A stretch of 62,972 nt of DNA, filler included, from Octopus bimaculoides (GCF_001194135.2; 4 parts of 4 records of this genome joined end to end with filler, not necessarily neighbours in it); one strand, 5' to 3'. Positions 1 to 12,859 are shown, counted from the whole stretch's first letter. A program made the numbers and translations. Notes: generated by a model from the sequence alone, not told the origin.

Positions 1-745
1 ATTATCCATAAGGACATACATAGAAGGGACAGCACAATGAAATCGAATGATTTTACATGAAATGCGATTGGGGTCCTTTTAAAATTTCTAAATACATTAT
101 ATATAATACGGATGATGATAGGACACACTAAGACATAACAGATGGAGTGGAGGCGGGATTATAACGGACCCCACGAACCCCGCCTTACCACTGACCTAGG
201 GTTTTCAACCATATCGCATTCACGCGGAGCCTTTCATGCCCAACATTCGTGCGACATTCTTCCATCTTTTTCCAAACATGTCTTCAGTCAAACATCTCCT
301 CTCCAGCCCTATTTGCCTTTTTAGGTGGAAGATGAAAAAATTCACCAGATTAGGGCCAGAGATGAAGGTGCCTGACCTTATTCNNNNNNNNNNATCTCCT
401 CTCCAGCCCTATTTGCCTTTTTAGGTGGAAGATGAAAAAATTCACCAGATTAGGGCCAGAGATGAAGGTGCCTGACCTTATTCCTTTCATTCTTGTCCTC
501 CATATAATCCCTCTCGCAGTTGCTACTACAGAGAGAAAACAATTCTTACCTTCTTTCGTTAAGAAATCTGGTGGGTTAATTTTCACAATAGATTCAGTCG
601 ACAGCTGTACTCTTCCTCCACCTGACATCAGTTGTTCGGCATAAACCCACACGTCAGACACTTCTGGGCACTGAGCAATAGCGTACAGGACGGTTTCCCT
701 GTCCCGCCCACATTTTGCACAGATCGGAGTGTCTCGGCCTTAGGG
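1..745 (-). mobile_element. Tx1/L1-clade LINE 3' fragment (ORF2 C-terminal zinc-knuckle region plus 3' UTR)
   Basis: Minus strand reads PICAKCGRDRETVLYAIAQCPEVSDVWVYAEQ...RVQLSTESIVKINPP...IIWRTRMKG...FFIFHLKRQIGLERR. It is homologous to the C-terminus of the LINE at 35.9-36.3 kb. Confidence 0.8.
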
Positions 746-1682
746 CAAGAGAAATACAATAAATCATATGGATTTCAAATGTTGACACAATTTTGAGCGA
801 GGGGTTAAGTCGATTACATCGACAATACTACTTAACTGGCACTTATTTTATCGAGCTCGAAAGAAATCAAAGGCAAATTCGATCACGGCGGAAAACTGAA
901 CTCAGAACACAAAGACAAACGAAATGCCGCTAAGCATTTTGCTCAGGGTGCCAACAATTCTGCTAACTTGCCGCTCTAAGAAATACAATTAATTACATTG
1001 ACATTATTTTTTCAAAAGTACTTATTTATCCAGAAAAGTAAAGAGTAGAAGAATTAACGCTCAGAAATGATGTTAAGTTTGGCGGTCGCGGAATAATTTT
1101 TTCTCTAACGCTGTGCTACGGCTAATGTATTTTGTCGAAGGGACAGGGTACAACTGTCTTAGTATCAGTGCATTTGGAATAAATGCAGCACGGGTGAATG
1201 GCTAAGCAGTTCGCGTAGTAACCACAAGGTCCTAAGTTCAATTCCACTGCATAGCTTCTGGGGAAAATGTCATTTTCTCCAGCCTCGGATCGACCCATGC
1301 CATGTGAATAAAATTGGATAGAGAGAAACTGTACAGAAGCCCACCAGGAAGTTTGTACCTGTTATCAAAAGGCACGTACTGGTCACACTGATTCTACTTG
1401 AGAATATATTCAGGATACACGTGCCTGTGAATGCTAAATCACAAACACGTTATTTCAAGGGTAGGTAATTCAGCTGATCGTACAAGAGAATCCGTTGTTT
1501 TTGGTTTTACATTTTCCTTTTTTACACAAACAGACGTAACCGAAGTTGAGAGGTGAGCTTCTTAACAACGCAGCTACAGTTAAATATATTTTATGTAATG
1601 AAATAATAGGAATTATTACGAGGATATTGAATTGGATTTTTCTTCCCTTTCTTCCTTCCTTCACTCTTTACTCTTTTACTCT

Positions 1683-2211
1683 TTTACTTGTTTCAGTCAT
1701 TTGACTGTGGCCATGCTGGAGCACCGCCTTTAGTCGAGCAACTCGACCCCAGGACTTATTCTTTGGAAGCCTAGTACTTATTCTATCGGTCTATTTTGCC
1801 GAACCGCTAAGTTACGGGGACGTAAACACACCAGCATCGGTTATCAAGCGATGTTGGGGTGACAAANNNNNNNNNNNNNNNNNNNNNNNNNNNNNNNNNN
1901 NNNNNNNNNNNNNNNNNNNNNNNNNNNNNNNNNNNNNNNNNNNNNNNNNNNNNNATATATAGCTCGAAGCGTCGAAGCGTCATACTAATACATCCTTTTG
2001 TTATTTACACCACCTGTCCTCGTCTGTTGTTGTTTTTTCGTATATTCTCCCATATATACATATATATGACGGGCTTCTTTGAGTTTCCGTCTACCAAATC
2101 CACTCACAAGGCTTTGGTCGGCCCGAGGCTATAGTAGAAGACACTTGCCCAAGATGCCACGCAGTGGGACCGAACCCGGAACCATGTGGTTGGTAAGCAA
2201 GATACTTACCA
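1683..2211 (-). mobile_element. CORE-type tRNA SINE (family C) with internal microsatellite/gap
   Basis: 5' half 2068-2211 (tRNA head plus CORE-like ttgggcaagtgtcttctactatagcc) and 3' half 1683-1866, separated by a gap, (TA)n and a family A remnant. Confidence 0.82.
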
Positions 2212-2999
2212 CGGTCGGGGGTAAGATATGTATGCAACTGTAAAATTTATTTATTTCTTCGTCGCTCTTTATTAATGATCTTTGGTGGCAAAAAAAAAGG
2301 CGATTCACTGATCCAACACACACCTCCTTGGTGTGTGTTGGATTTTCTTTTAGCTAATGTAGATTTTTATTAATGTTGGCAGTGTCTTCATCTGTTAAAA
2401 GGTATCGATCAAATAATTGAGCATCTTCATATTTCAGCATCTAAAAACAAAAGTTCTCCGTAATAAAACTAGATCAATGAACCTCCTGCTTAGTGTTGCA
2501 GTTTGCGCTGCTTAGCTACAGATCAACCTAGATCAGGGTAGCATATAGTCAAAGACGTTCTGCTCATCACTATTCCGACTTTTTCGGAAATACATTATGT
2601 GATAAGTACTTTTATTTTCAAGGCTATAGGGTATCACCTGAGGAAGATCTGGATGCTATTTTTATTAGGTCGATCCAAAACACAGGGGCTCATGATTGTT
2701 TTAGTTTAAGAAAAGCCTTAGTATACCGTTAAAAAAAGCACGCGGGCTTCATGCGTTTAAAAGTAAGAGGTCAGGGAAAGAATGCCCTAACAATTCGGTA
2801 TTTAAGAAAGAAAGGTATTCGATCACCAAAGTAAATAGATGGAACCTGGGCATCAATTTCGCTAAAAGGGTAATGTCTTACATATATAATGTAGTCTGTT
2901 GAGAGACTTTCGTCAACGGAAATTATGAAAGTAATTAGAAGACAAAAGCTTCTCCGAATATCTAAAATTTATATACAAGCAAGGTAGATAAATCCACTA

Positions 3000-3132
3000 A
3001 AAATCAGTTGATCGAACATTTCAAACTAGAAAAAAATCAGTTGATCGAACATTTTAAACTATAAAAGAATCAGTTGATCGAACATTTCAAACTAGAAAAA
3101 AAAATCAGTTGATCGAACATTTTAAGCTAGAA
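3000..3132. repeat. About 31-bp tandem repeat x4 (AAAATCAGTTGATCGAACATTT(C/T)AAACTAG)
   Basis: Directly visible; units are contiguous and vary in the A-run. Confidence 0.92.
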
Positions 3133-3251
3133 AAATACTGTTAATTGAAGTGGATCTGCTCTTTAGAGTGAAAGCAACGGACATGCTTGGCGTTTATTAG
3201 ACCTCCTCGGTGAAGCATATTCTTTGGGGCGGGGGGGAAGATTAAGAGAGA

Positions 3252-3316
<65 letters not shown>

Positions 3317-3911
3317 TGTGTGTGTGCGTACGTGCATGTGTGTGCGCTTGTGTATATACAGATAGGTATACATTTATATACACACATTTACGGAGGTTAT
3401 TAACTTTCCAGTTCTCACTGCTTTCGCATTTTAGACATAGTGATTATGAGAGAAATTTTACATTTTTTCAGAAGGAAAGAGAATTTGGCAAATATAAAGC
3501 TATCTCGGGTGTTTTGTGTTATCTACTTCAGGGCTCGCAGTATCAATGGGTACCTTCCTTAGGGAGGTGAGCATTTAGTCGACGTATTTTTAGACTTGCA
3601 CTGCATTCATGGCAGACATGTAACTTTCAATGGCTATAAGTCTCCTTAACTATAAATAGATGCTATAAGAATGTAGGGGTTTGCATTATTTTGTAACAAG
3701 AACCTTCAGTGGAAATATCATTAATATACTGATTTCTAAAATTCATGAAAGAATATCATTAATGTATTACAAAACAGAGAGAACCAGATGATATCATCTC
3801 TTAAAATCCTGACAGTGTAATATTCCCTGCAGTATTTAGCTGTCATTTTAAGTTCTAAGATCAAGTCCTGCCAGTTAAGTTTACCTTTCCTTCTTCTGTA
3901 GTGGACATATT

Positions 3912-4294
3912 GTGGAGGCGCAATGGCCCAGTGGTTAGGGCAGCGGACTCGCGGTCATAGGATCGCGGTTTCGATTCTCAAACCGGGCGTTGTGAGTGTT
4001 TATTGAGCGAAAACACCTAAAAGCTCCACGAGGCTCCGGCAGGGGATGGTGGAGAACCCTGCTGTACTCTTTCACCACAACTTTCTCTCACTCTTTCTTC
4101 CTGTTTCTGTTGTACCTATAATTCAAAGGGACCAACCTTGTCACACTGTGTCACGCTGAATATCCCCGAGAACTACGTTAAGGGTACACGTGTCTGTGGA
4201 GTGCTCAGCCACTTGCACGTTAATTTCACGAGCAGGCTGTTCCGTTGATCGGATCAACTGGAACCCTCGACGTCGTAAGCGACGGAGTGCCAAC
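3912..4294 (+). mobile_element. Full-length tRNA-derived SINE (family R, about 380 bp)
   Basis: A box TGGCCCAGTGG, B box GTTTCGATTC, tail ...GACGGAGTGCCAAC; 12-bp TSD AGTGGACATATT at 3900-11 and 4295-4306. Confidence 0.92.
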
Positions 4295-5347
4295 AGTGGA
4301 CATATTAAATATATCAAGTACTTGAGTCAATTTAATTGATTATTCCGTTTCGCCAAAATATATGACTCGTGACAATGTTAAAAATCAATACCCTGCTAAA
4401 CAGTAGAGAATTGTTTTATCTTTTTGTCGGGACGCAAGGCTGTGCCCATGACCGTTCACAGGGCTCTCCGAGACTGGTGGAACGAAAGTAATACCAAAAC
4501 CTGACCAAGCCTGAATTCTTGCAACAGAAAAGACTGTGCTAAAGGCACCCAGTCGAAGTGTTAAACTGGGCGACAGATAAAGCCAGGGATGCTGAAACTG
4601 GCTGTGTACTTAAGAAGATCGCTTCGTAATTATGTAGTTGGGTGAATATGATTTTTTTTTATATATATATTTTTAGCCTAGCTTCGGGTGAAGTAAATCT
4701 TTGCGAACGAAATATAGTCGACTGAATCTGACCCGTTCTTGGTATTGAGTTATAAGACTTAAACCGACGCAAGTTTAACACAATTACCTGCTTCTTTAGT
4801 ACCTTTAGTGGCGTCCAGTATGTTTTAAATATTTGGGATAAGTCTAAAGACAACTCCGTACCTTCTTCAGATTACTCTGAAAGGCAACGCAAAAGGAAAA
4901 TGCGTGCTGCTCTTTCTCTTCTTACTAAGCTATTTTCCCTCCCCAGAAAACGGACCAAATCACATTACAATATTTAGTTTGTAAATATTATTTTTGCACG
5001 GTTCAAACGACTATGTCTCACTTTCATTAATTTGTATTCGTGTGCAAATTTAAGAAATTGATATATTATTCTGTGCAACTATTGAACCTCCGCTGTACGC
5101 AATAGACTAGGAATGGTTCCCATCGATTCGGGACAACTTAGAATCCTAGTTCTGGCCACGACACTTCAGGAAGAATGGGGCTGACCTTCGGCATATTAAC
5201 TGTTATCTTTCATTAGAGTATCATCAAGCAGGGATGATGATTTTGAGAGGGACAGTGATGTTATAAATGATAGTAGCAGGGTTGAGATTTTGGTCAGGTT
5301 AGAGAGAAAGGGAAAATAAGAGAGTGAAGAGAGAAATAACAAAATAC

Positions 5348-5383
<36 letters not shown>

Positions 5384-5530
5384 TGAGAGTGAGAGCGAAA
5401 AGATGAGATAAAAAGATAAAGACAGACAAACTGACAGACAGACAACATATATTCCAATCTCGTATCATGCTGTGTAAATATATACTGCAAGTATCAGGTT
5501 TCTAAGAACGCTCTCTCTTTCTCTGTCATT

Positions 5531-5583
<53 letters not shown>

Positions 5584-5691
5584 TTTTGACTCTCAGGCAC
5601 ATGCACACAAAACAGCTACCTAATTGTAATGCGTGCGCGCACACACACACAAGCGCACACACACACACACACAAGCAAGCACGCACACACA

Positions 5692-5725
<34 letters not shown>

Positions 5726-6005
5726 TACACACACATACACACACACACCACAGTAACAACTACTACAGCAATGAGCAGGATCTACTCTCACCATTCGAAC
5801 CGTATAAGGCCTGCCAGTCTGACAAACACGCTTTCCGAGAGAAGGAAGGAAAGAAGGAAAGAGTGATAGCCATAAAGGAAAAGGAAAGCAAGAACGTAAA
5901 ATGAAGACATGATAGCGATATCAGCCGGAATGTATAAGTTACGTTACAACACTGAGTTTCGAGTTCGAATCCAGAAGGATTCGTCTCTGACTTTATATTT
6001 TCCGA

Positions 6006-6046
<41 letters not shown>

Positions 6047-6410
6047 NNNNNNNNNNNNNNNNNNNNNNNNNNNNNNNNNNNNNNNNNNNNNNNNNNNNNN
6101 NNNNNNNNNNNNNNNNNNNNNNNNNNNNNNNNNNNNNNNNNNNNNNNNNNNNNNNNNNNNNNNNNNNNNNNNNNNNNNNNNNNNNNNNNNNNNNNNNNNN
6201 NNNNNNNNNNNNNNNNNNNNNNNNNNNNNNNNNNNNNNNNNNNNNNNNNNNNNNNNNNNNNNNNNNNNNNNNNNNNNNNNNNNNNNNNNNNNNNNNNNNN
6301 NNNNNNNNNNNNNNNNNNNNNNNNNNNNNNNNNNNNNNNNNNNNNNNNNNNNNNNNNNNNNNNNNNNNNNNNNNNNNNNNNNNNNNNNNNNNNNNNNNNN
6401 NNNNNNNNNN

Positions 6411-6441
<31 letters not shown>

Positions 6442-6839
6442 TATAATTAAGGAGAGGAGAAAACAAATTCAAAGGCCGATGTATATATTCATTCAATCCA
6501 TATTAACGAAATTCTCCATGCTATACAAAGTACATATATAGATGCATTCATCTACTTGATATATAAAATTTTTCTAAGAATTTATAAATACATACAAATA
6601 CACGAAAATTTATAAATATATAAAAAAATTCATACACATATGAAAATTTATAAACGGATAAAAATTGATAAATATAAATATATAAAAAGTGTAAATCCAT
6701 AAATGTACTTGCGAAGTCCGAATGAAGAGGGTGATAAAGCGGATGTTGTCTATATTGCCTAGTGTAAGGCGCGAAAACAATGGTAACTTTCTAACCGGTT
6801 ACATGCCATAACCAAAGATATATTACCTGACATAATAGT

Positions 6840-6888
<49 letters not shown>

Positions 6889-6898
6889 NNNNNNNNNN

Positions 6899-7245
6899 GT
6901 GGTGTCAATTAGACCCAGAGGTTTCAGGTAATGCTGAATAAGTGCTATGGATACACCATAGTTAGGCTCCAGGTTTAGTGATTATGCGAATAAGGGGTCC
7001 AACGTAGGTCATATATCAGCGTGTGTATATAAGAATTTACTTTTAGTAATGAGATAAAAAAAAACCAAGGCTGTGTATATTTTAGAACATTTATAAATAG
7101 GTCTTACAGCTGTTTCCAGGATATTTATTATATCCCTTCATCGGAGACGGTGTGAGAGGATGGTTAAGCAATAGTTAATTTAGATAAGATGGGAAATAGA
7201 GAGTGAATTGGAGGAACGAAAATAGATGTGTGGTTATGTGACATG
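6899..7245 (-). mobile_element. Dispersed repeat family B with hammerhead-like fold at 7101-7148
   Basis: About 350 bp clearly alignable to 54748-55090. Minus strand GTCT-CCGATGA-A-GGGATAT(loop)ATATCCT-G-GAAA-CAGCTG-TA-AGAC. Confidence 0.75.
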
Positions 7246-8744
7246 TGTGATTAAGTGACTTTTGTTGTTTTTGTTTTTATTCTTTTCTTCGTTTTGTTTT
7301 ATTTTCGATTTACCTATATATATATATATATATATNNNNNNNNNNNNNNNNNNNNNNNNNNNNNNNNNNNNNNNNNNNNNNNNNNNNNNNNNNNNNNNNN
7401 NNNNNNNNNNNNNNNNNNNNNNNNNNNNNNNNNNNNNNNNNNNNNNNNNNNNNNNNNNNNNNNNNNNNNNNNNNNNNNNNNNNNNNNNNNNNNNNNNNNN
7501 NNNNNNNNNNNNNNNNNNNNNNNNNNNNNNNNNNNNNNNNNNNNNNNNNNNNNNNNNNNNNNNNNNNNNNNNNNNNNNNNNNNNNNNNNNNNNNNNNNNN
7601 NNNNNNNNNNNNNNNNNNNNNNNNNNNNNNNNNNNNNNNNNNNNNNNNNNNNNNNNNNNNNNNNNNNNNNNNNNNNNNNNNNNNNNNNNNNNNNNNNNNN
7701 NNNNNNNNNNNNNNNNNNNNNNNNNNNNNNNNNNNNNNNNNNNNNNNNNNNNNNNNNNNNNNNNNNNNNNNNNNNNNNNNNNNNNNNNNNNNNNNNNNNN
7801 NNNNNNNNNNNNNNNNNNNNNNNNNNNNNNNNNNNNNNNNNNNNNNNNNNNNNNNNNNNNNNNNNNNNNNNNNNNNNNNNNNNNNNNNNNNNNNNNNNNN
7901 NNNNNNNNNNNNNNNNNNNNNNNNNNNNNNNNNNNNNNNNNNNNNNNNNNNNNTATATATATGTATATATATATATATACGGCAGGCTTCTTTCAGTTTC
8001 CGTCTACAAGACCCACTGATGATGCCTACTGTGGCAGAAACATATATCCACGACTGTCTTATCTTCACACAATAAGCCTGTTATTTTCCTTAATGACAGT
8101 CAAATCTACCCAAAGTGCCATGCAATAGGACTGAACCCGGAACCATATGGTTGGAAGTCAGCATCTTGCCACATTTCCACGCCTTCCTATATATGACGCG
8201 CATCATGGTCACAGCCGAGAGGCTGAAACAAAATCACTTGTCCGCCGAGAAATGAATTCTTTGATGACCAAACAAATCGGTGCCACTCAGTGTCAGGCTA
8301 ATTTGCCATGACCATTTCCTTCCGTCTTTCTCAACTAGACTTCTTCACATATATTTTGTCTCAATAAACTGTACTTTTATAAATTTTTTTTATTCCGTTC
8401 ATTCATTCTATTCTTGGTGAAACATTGACAGCTGGTGTTTGTGTGAACAAATTTTCTTAAACATCTTTGTTTTGACAAGAGTGAGATTAGATGATGCTCA
8501 CTGTAAGCAACAAGCGTGTTAAAGATTGAAGTTGGCGAGAATACTTTCAAGATATAGCACCACCACCGTCTTTACTGCCACTACTACAAGTACTCTTAAC
8601 ATGAACAATAATAATTCTAGAACTTACATGACCTCTCTAAATATATCAGCTCCTTCATATGTTCTTCCTTTGTTCTTCTCCTTTGCCAATTCTTCCTCCC
8701 TTTCCCTCCCCCTCTCTCTCTCTCTCAACAGTAATGGTCGAAAT

Positions 8745-9432
8745 GAATCTGTGTGGGAGAGGAGAGGCATTAGGCTGGCCACCAAGTTGAAGGTGTACAA
8801 AGCACTTGTACAGCCAATGCTACTGTACGTCTGTGAGACTTCGACGGTTTATGAACGTCACGCCAAAAAGTTAAACTGCTTCCCCATGAAATGCCTTAGA
8901 AAGCTGTTGAAAATCACTTGGCAAGACAGGCACGGAGGTCCCCTCTCGAGCTGATTTGATAAACATTTACACACTGCTGAGGAGAGCGCAAGTCAGGTAG
9001 GCCGGCCACTTTGTTCGAACGTCTGACACGCGACTCCGCAAGAGAGTGCTTTACGGCGAGTTGGTAGAAGACAAGTGCACGCAAGGTGGACAGATAAAGC
9101 GCTTCAAGGATACTCAAAGCTTTACTGAAGATCTTTGAGATCAATCCCGACACCTGGGAAACGCTAGCACAAGACGCCCTGCCTGGCGAAGCTGCACGAA
9201 CAGTGGTGTTACCTCCCACGAACATCACAGGATTGCTGGGGCACAAAGGAAATGTTAACTTCACAAGTCCAGAGCCAAGAGTTCCAACAGACGACCAGTG
9301 CCCGACCTGCAGCAGAGCCTTCCAAGCATGCATCGGACTGACTGGCCACAGTCAGATACGTCGTGCCCCGTCTCCTCCCATGTAATGTTCTTGATCATCG
9401 TTGACAACGACGGATAAACTAATAAATAATAA
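8745..9432 (+). mobile_element. 5'-truncated RTE-clade (BovB-like) LINE
   Basis: GIRLATKLKVYKALVQPMLLYVCET...CLRKLLKITWQD, RVLYGEL, and C2H2-like CPTCSRAF..IGLTGHSQ; (TAA)n tail; 13-bp TSD TAATGGTCGAAAT at 8732-8744 and 9433-9445. Confidence 0.9.
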
Positions 9433-9921
9433 TAATGGTCGAAATATATCGTACATAACTGGACTAGATAGTTTAAACACTATCATGGCTGAGTTCAAAT
9501 CTCATTCAAATCTATGTTATCTTTTATCTGACAACAGAATTCTTCATCTTTTCAGTTTCATATCACGTTGCTTGCCTCCTTTATTTCTGTCGTGTCTTTC
9601 TTTCTGTTTAATTAAAACTTTTGTCCAAGTCTCCTCTCTAGTAAGTCAGTCGATAGACAACGGGCTGTGTGGTGAAATGCTTAAACGAAATTGGTGCTGC
9701 GAAACAAGTAACTCTTGATAGCATAAAGGAAAAGGAAAAATAAGCTAGAATCTGAGGGAAATAGCAATGAGCTAATGATTCATGGGGTGCTTGCCGGCAG
9801 AACAGTGAGAATCCATACAATAATGTATCTATTCATTCATAAAACGTTATAGCAGATTTGAACATGAATATCTGACCACTGCTGCTTTATATAAAGAAGA
9901 GCTCGTGCTCTGGTTAGATTC

Positions 9922-10133
9922 TTTTCTACTCTAGGCATAAAGCCCGAAATTTTTGGGGAGGGAGTCAGTCGATTAGATCGACCCTAGTACGCAACTGGTA
10001 CTTAATTTATCGACCCCAAAAGGATGAAAGGCAAAGTCGACCATGGCGGAATTTGAACTCAGAACGTAAAGACAGACGAAATACTGCTAAGCATTTCGCC
10101 CGGCGTGCTAACGTTTCTGCTAGCTCCCCGCCT
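9922..10133 (-). mobile_element. tRNA-derived SINE family M (central GCCTTTCATCCTTTCGGGGTCGATAAATTAAGTACCAG, Meta/MESC-domain-like)
   Basis: Near full length. Further copies at about 770-977, 14818-15010, 15010-15452, 15510-15723, 18420-18570, 21050-21280 and 47265-47355 (all -), and 47685-47810 and 48835-49040 (+). The Meta-domain assignment is from memory and unverified. Confidence 0.85.
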
Positions 10134-10286
10134 TGTTCTCGGGTTAGATTCATTAAGGATAATTCCTTTGTGATGGTGGTGTAATCAGTAATAGGACAGC
10201 AGACTCTTCATAAGTGAAACTGAGATGAGAAAGGTCTTAATGCAAGTACTTTTTGAAATATTCAAATGGGCCATGAAAACAGCAAT

Positions 10287-10332
<46 letters not shown>

Positions 10333-10778
10333 ACATCAAGCAAACAAAACAAAAAAAAAGAGAAGGAAAGAAAAGCAGCAATTTTTTCTGGTTTACTTGG
10401 AAGGTTTGTTTTGTTTTAATTAGGGTGAAAGTATGAACGAAGTACAGGATGCAAAGTAAAGTAAAACAAGAAAAAAAAACACGTCAAGCTGTTTCTTTCA
10501 TGTAATTTCGGTTGCCTCAAGGGAAGATGTTGCTATGGTTACACCAGCAGAGTCTAACTGAACGTATTCTGTGATAGTAATTACTTATATTCATTATATA
10601 TAAGACGAATGTGACCGCTCACGCTTTGCTCGGTAGCAGATGTTCCTGTTAACGTTTGTTCTTGTTGATGATGATGATGATTAATAACGATAATTAAAAA
10701 ATAAAATAGGATAAAAAAAAAAGATATTAAATCATGTTCTTTAGCTTGTTTCAGTAATAATGCCTGGCCAAACTATAT

Positions 10779-11150
10779 AGGCGTGGCTGTGTGGTAAGAA
10801 GCTTGCTTCCTAACCACATGATTCCGGGTTCAGTCCCACTGCGTGGCACCTTCTACTATAACAGCCTCGAACCAATCAAAGCCTGAGTGGCTTTGGTAGA
10901 CGGAAAGTGAAACCGGCCCCGTCGTATATATATATATATATAAAAGAATATATATTTATTCTTTTATTTGTTTCAGTTATTTGACTGCGGCCGTGCTGGA
11001 GAAACGCCTTTAGCCGAGCAAATCGACCCCAGGACTTATTCTTTGTGAGTCTAGTACATATTCTATCGGTCTCTTTTACCGAACCGCTAAGTTACGGGGT
11101 CGTAAACACACCAGCATCGGTTGTCAAGCGATGTTGCGGGGAACAAATAC
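10779..11150. mobile_element. Family C SINE halves: 5' half (+, 10779-10925) and 3' half (-, about 10960-11150)
   Basis: aggcgtggctgtgtggtaagaagcttgc...ggttcagtcccactgcg. Other halves at 7980-8185(-), 18830-19000(+), 25670-25858(+), 52940-53133(-), 54535-54665(+) and 61560-61900(-). Confidence 0.82.
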
Positions 11151-12859
11151 AGACACACAATCATATACACACACATGCATATATATATATACATACAGAC
11201 ATACATACATACGTACATACAGATCGGNNNNNNNNNNAGCTGGTGTACCCGGTAAGTCCTGGGGTAAAGATATTCTATTGAAACTCCTTATTACTCTGAT
11301 ATAAGAAAGCAATTTCGTTATAACTGCCACAAAAGGTGTATTTTCCTTCACGAAAAAGTACAAAAAAACTGTACAAATTTTAGAAGAACGTTTTAACGCT
11401 GGAAAATCAGTCTGCCCATGTCGGTGACATTTTAACGATATTGTCGCTGTATTTAAGCAGAATCGTTTGGATGTTTGATAAAAACATCTCGCGGGTATTT
11501 GCTCAGTGTCTCTGTGCTCTCGACCTACATCTCGCAGAAATCAGTTTTGCCTTACGTTCTTACGGGCACGGGAAACGAAGTACCAATCAGAGACGAAGGG
11601 TTAGCGAAACTGTTAGAGCATCGGACTAGATGCCTTTTGGTATTTCTTCCGGTGCTTTGGGTTCTGACAGTAACGCGTATACCGACTGGTAACACTAGTG
11701 CCAAGATGCATCGACCTTAAACAGGAAGCCTTTCTCTTGGATAATATCAGTGGCGTGGAGAGGGGAGACAGCATGCATGGGCAATGGTCGATTTTCCCCC
11801 AAAATCTTTGTTGAGGCCTGTTCACACAGATGCAGATAAATGATCAACTCTGGCCGACGAAGGTCCCTATATGTCACTGCATATCACTGTATCGACCAGA
11901 GTGTCGGATATCGTTACACACCGCTGGTTACAACGCGCTTTCTTGCATTGTTGTAGCTTTCAAATGATGCCACCCCGCTTGTTGGGTGGACAGGCCTGTA
12001 AGAACGACCGTGCGAACTCTAAAAGGAGAAATGGTGACGAATGGAAAAACAGGACTCCTTTTATTTATAACGCGTCACACGGTCGAACACAAAATATGTA
12101 TATCAAAGATGATATACAAATATGTTATACTACGATAACATAGATGGCCAGTAAAAGGAAGACGATAGAAGATGATAAACACAACTGTATAAAGATGAAT
12201 AACAGAATTATTTATTATGGCGTTAAAGATGTATGTCTGTGTGTGAGTGTGAATGCGACATATAAAAACACAATAAAAGACAGGCCGTCGTACAAAGAAA
12301 AGAGTGTGTGTGAGTGATACATGTATGTGTATGTGAGATATTACAGCAGATAGAAAAGAGTCAGTAACACGTGAGCATTTATACCAGTTCTTGAGTACAC
12401 AATAGGATGAGTCTGTATGTGAAAGAAGTTGAGGCTGTGTGTGTCAGAACGATCACTAGTTGTGATGTTGGCTTCCATGCCGGGCCGGTTTCTTGAGGAC
12501 AGACGTTTATCGCAGGCTGAAACTCTTGGCTGTTATTTCGTGGTGAAGCTGAAACACCAAACAGAATCGAAGAGAGAGAGATGTGCCGCGGTGGTTTGGA
12601 TTGGTGTACATAGAAAGTCGTGTTGACTATGGTTGGAGATGCTGGTGGCGAAGACGAATGCTTGGTAGTAGTCGTAGAATCGTGTTGTTGTTGGCGATGT
12701 CGTTGGTGGTCATCGTTGGACGAAGCTGTTGATGGAGTCGCTGGAACTGCTGCTGCTGTCGTGTGGTACACGGAACAGTTTCTATAGAGAAACTGAACCG
12801 AGACGAATTTGCCGCTGAATTAAAGCATTTTATAGTTGATGGTAGGCTCACCAGACATC

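Noticed and set aside
2633-2690. CTGAGGA-A-GATC...GATC-CAAAAC hammerhead-like remnant; a similar weak case at 24440-24480 (minus)
   Set aside because: GAAA is not intact, helix I cannot be formed convincingly, and no second copy is available for support.
3000-3132. CRISPR-like look of about 31-bp repeats (also 17150-17610 and 49930-50050)
   Set aside because: Eukaryotic context; units are contiguous or separated by simple repeats rather than unique equal-length spacers; no cas genes.
11400-12000. GC-rich segment with a minus-strand acceptor-like site near 11997 as exon 2 of a minus-strand gene
   Set aside because: All three phases hit stops within about 30 codons, and 11685-11880 is the reverse complement of the SINE at 52.7-52.8 kb.
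12730-12732. Selenocysteine read-through of the in-frame TGA in a Cys-rich context
   Set aside because: No selenoprotein motif or SECIS evidence visible, and ADAMTS proteins are not known selenoproteins.
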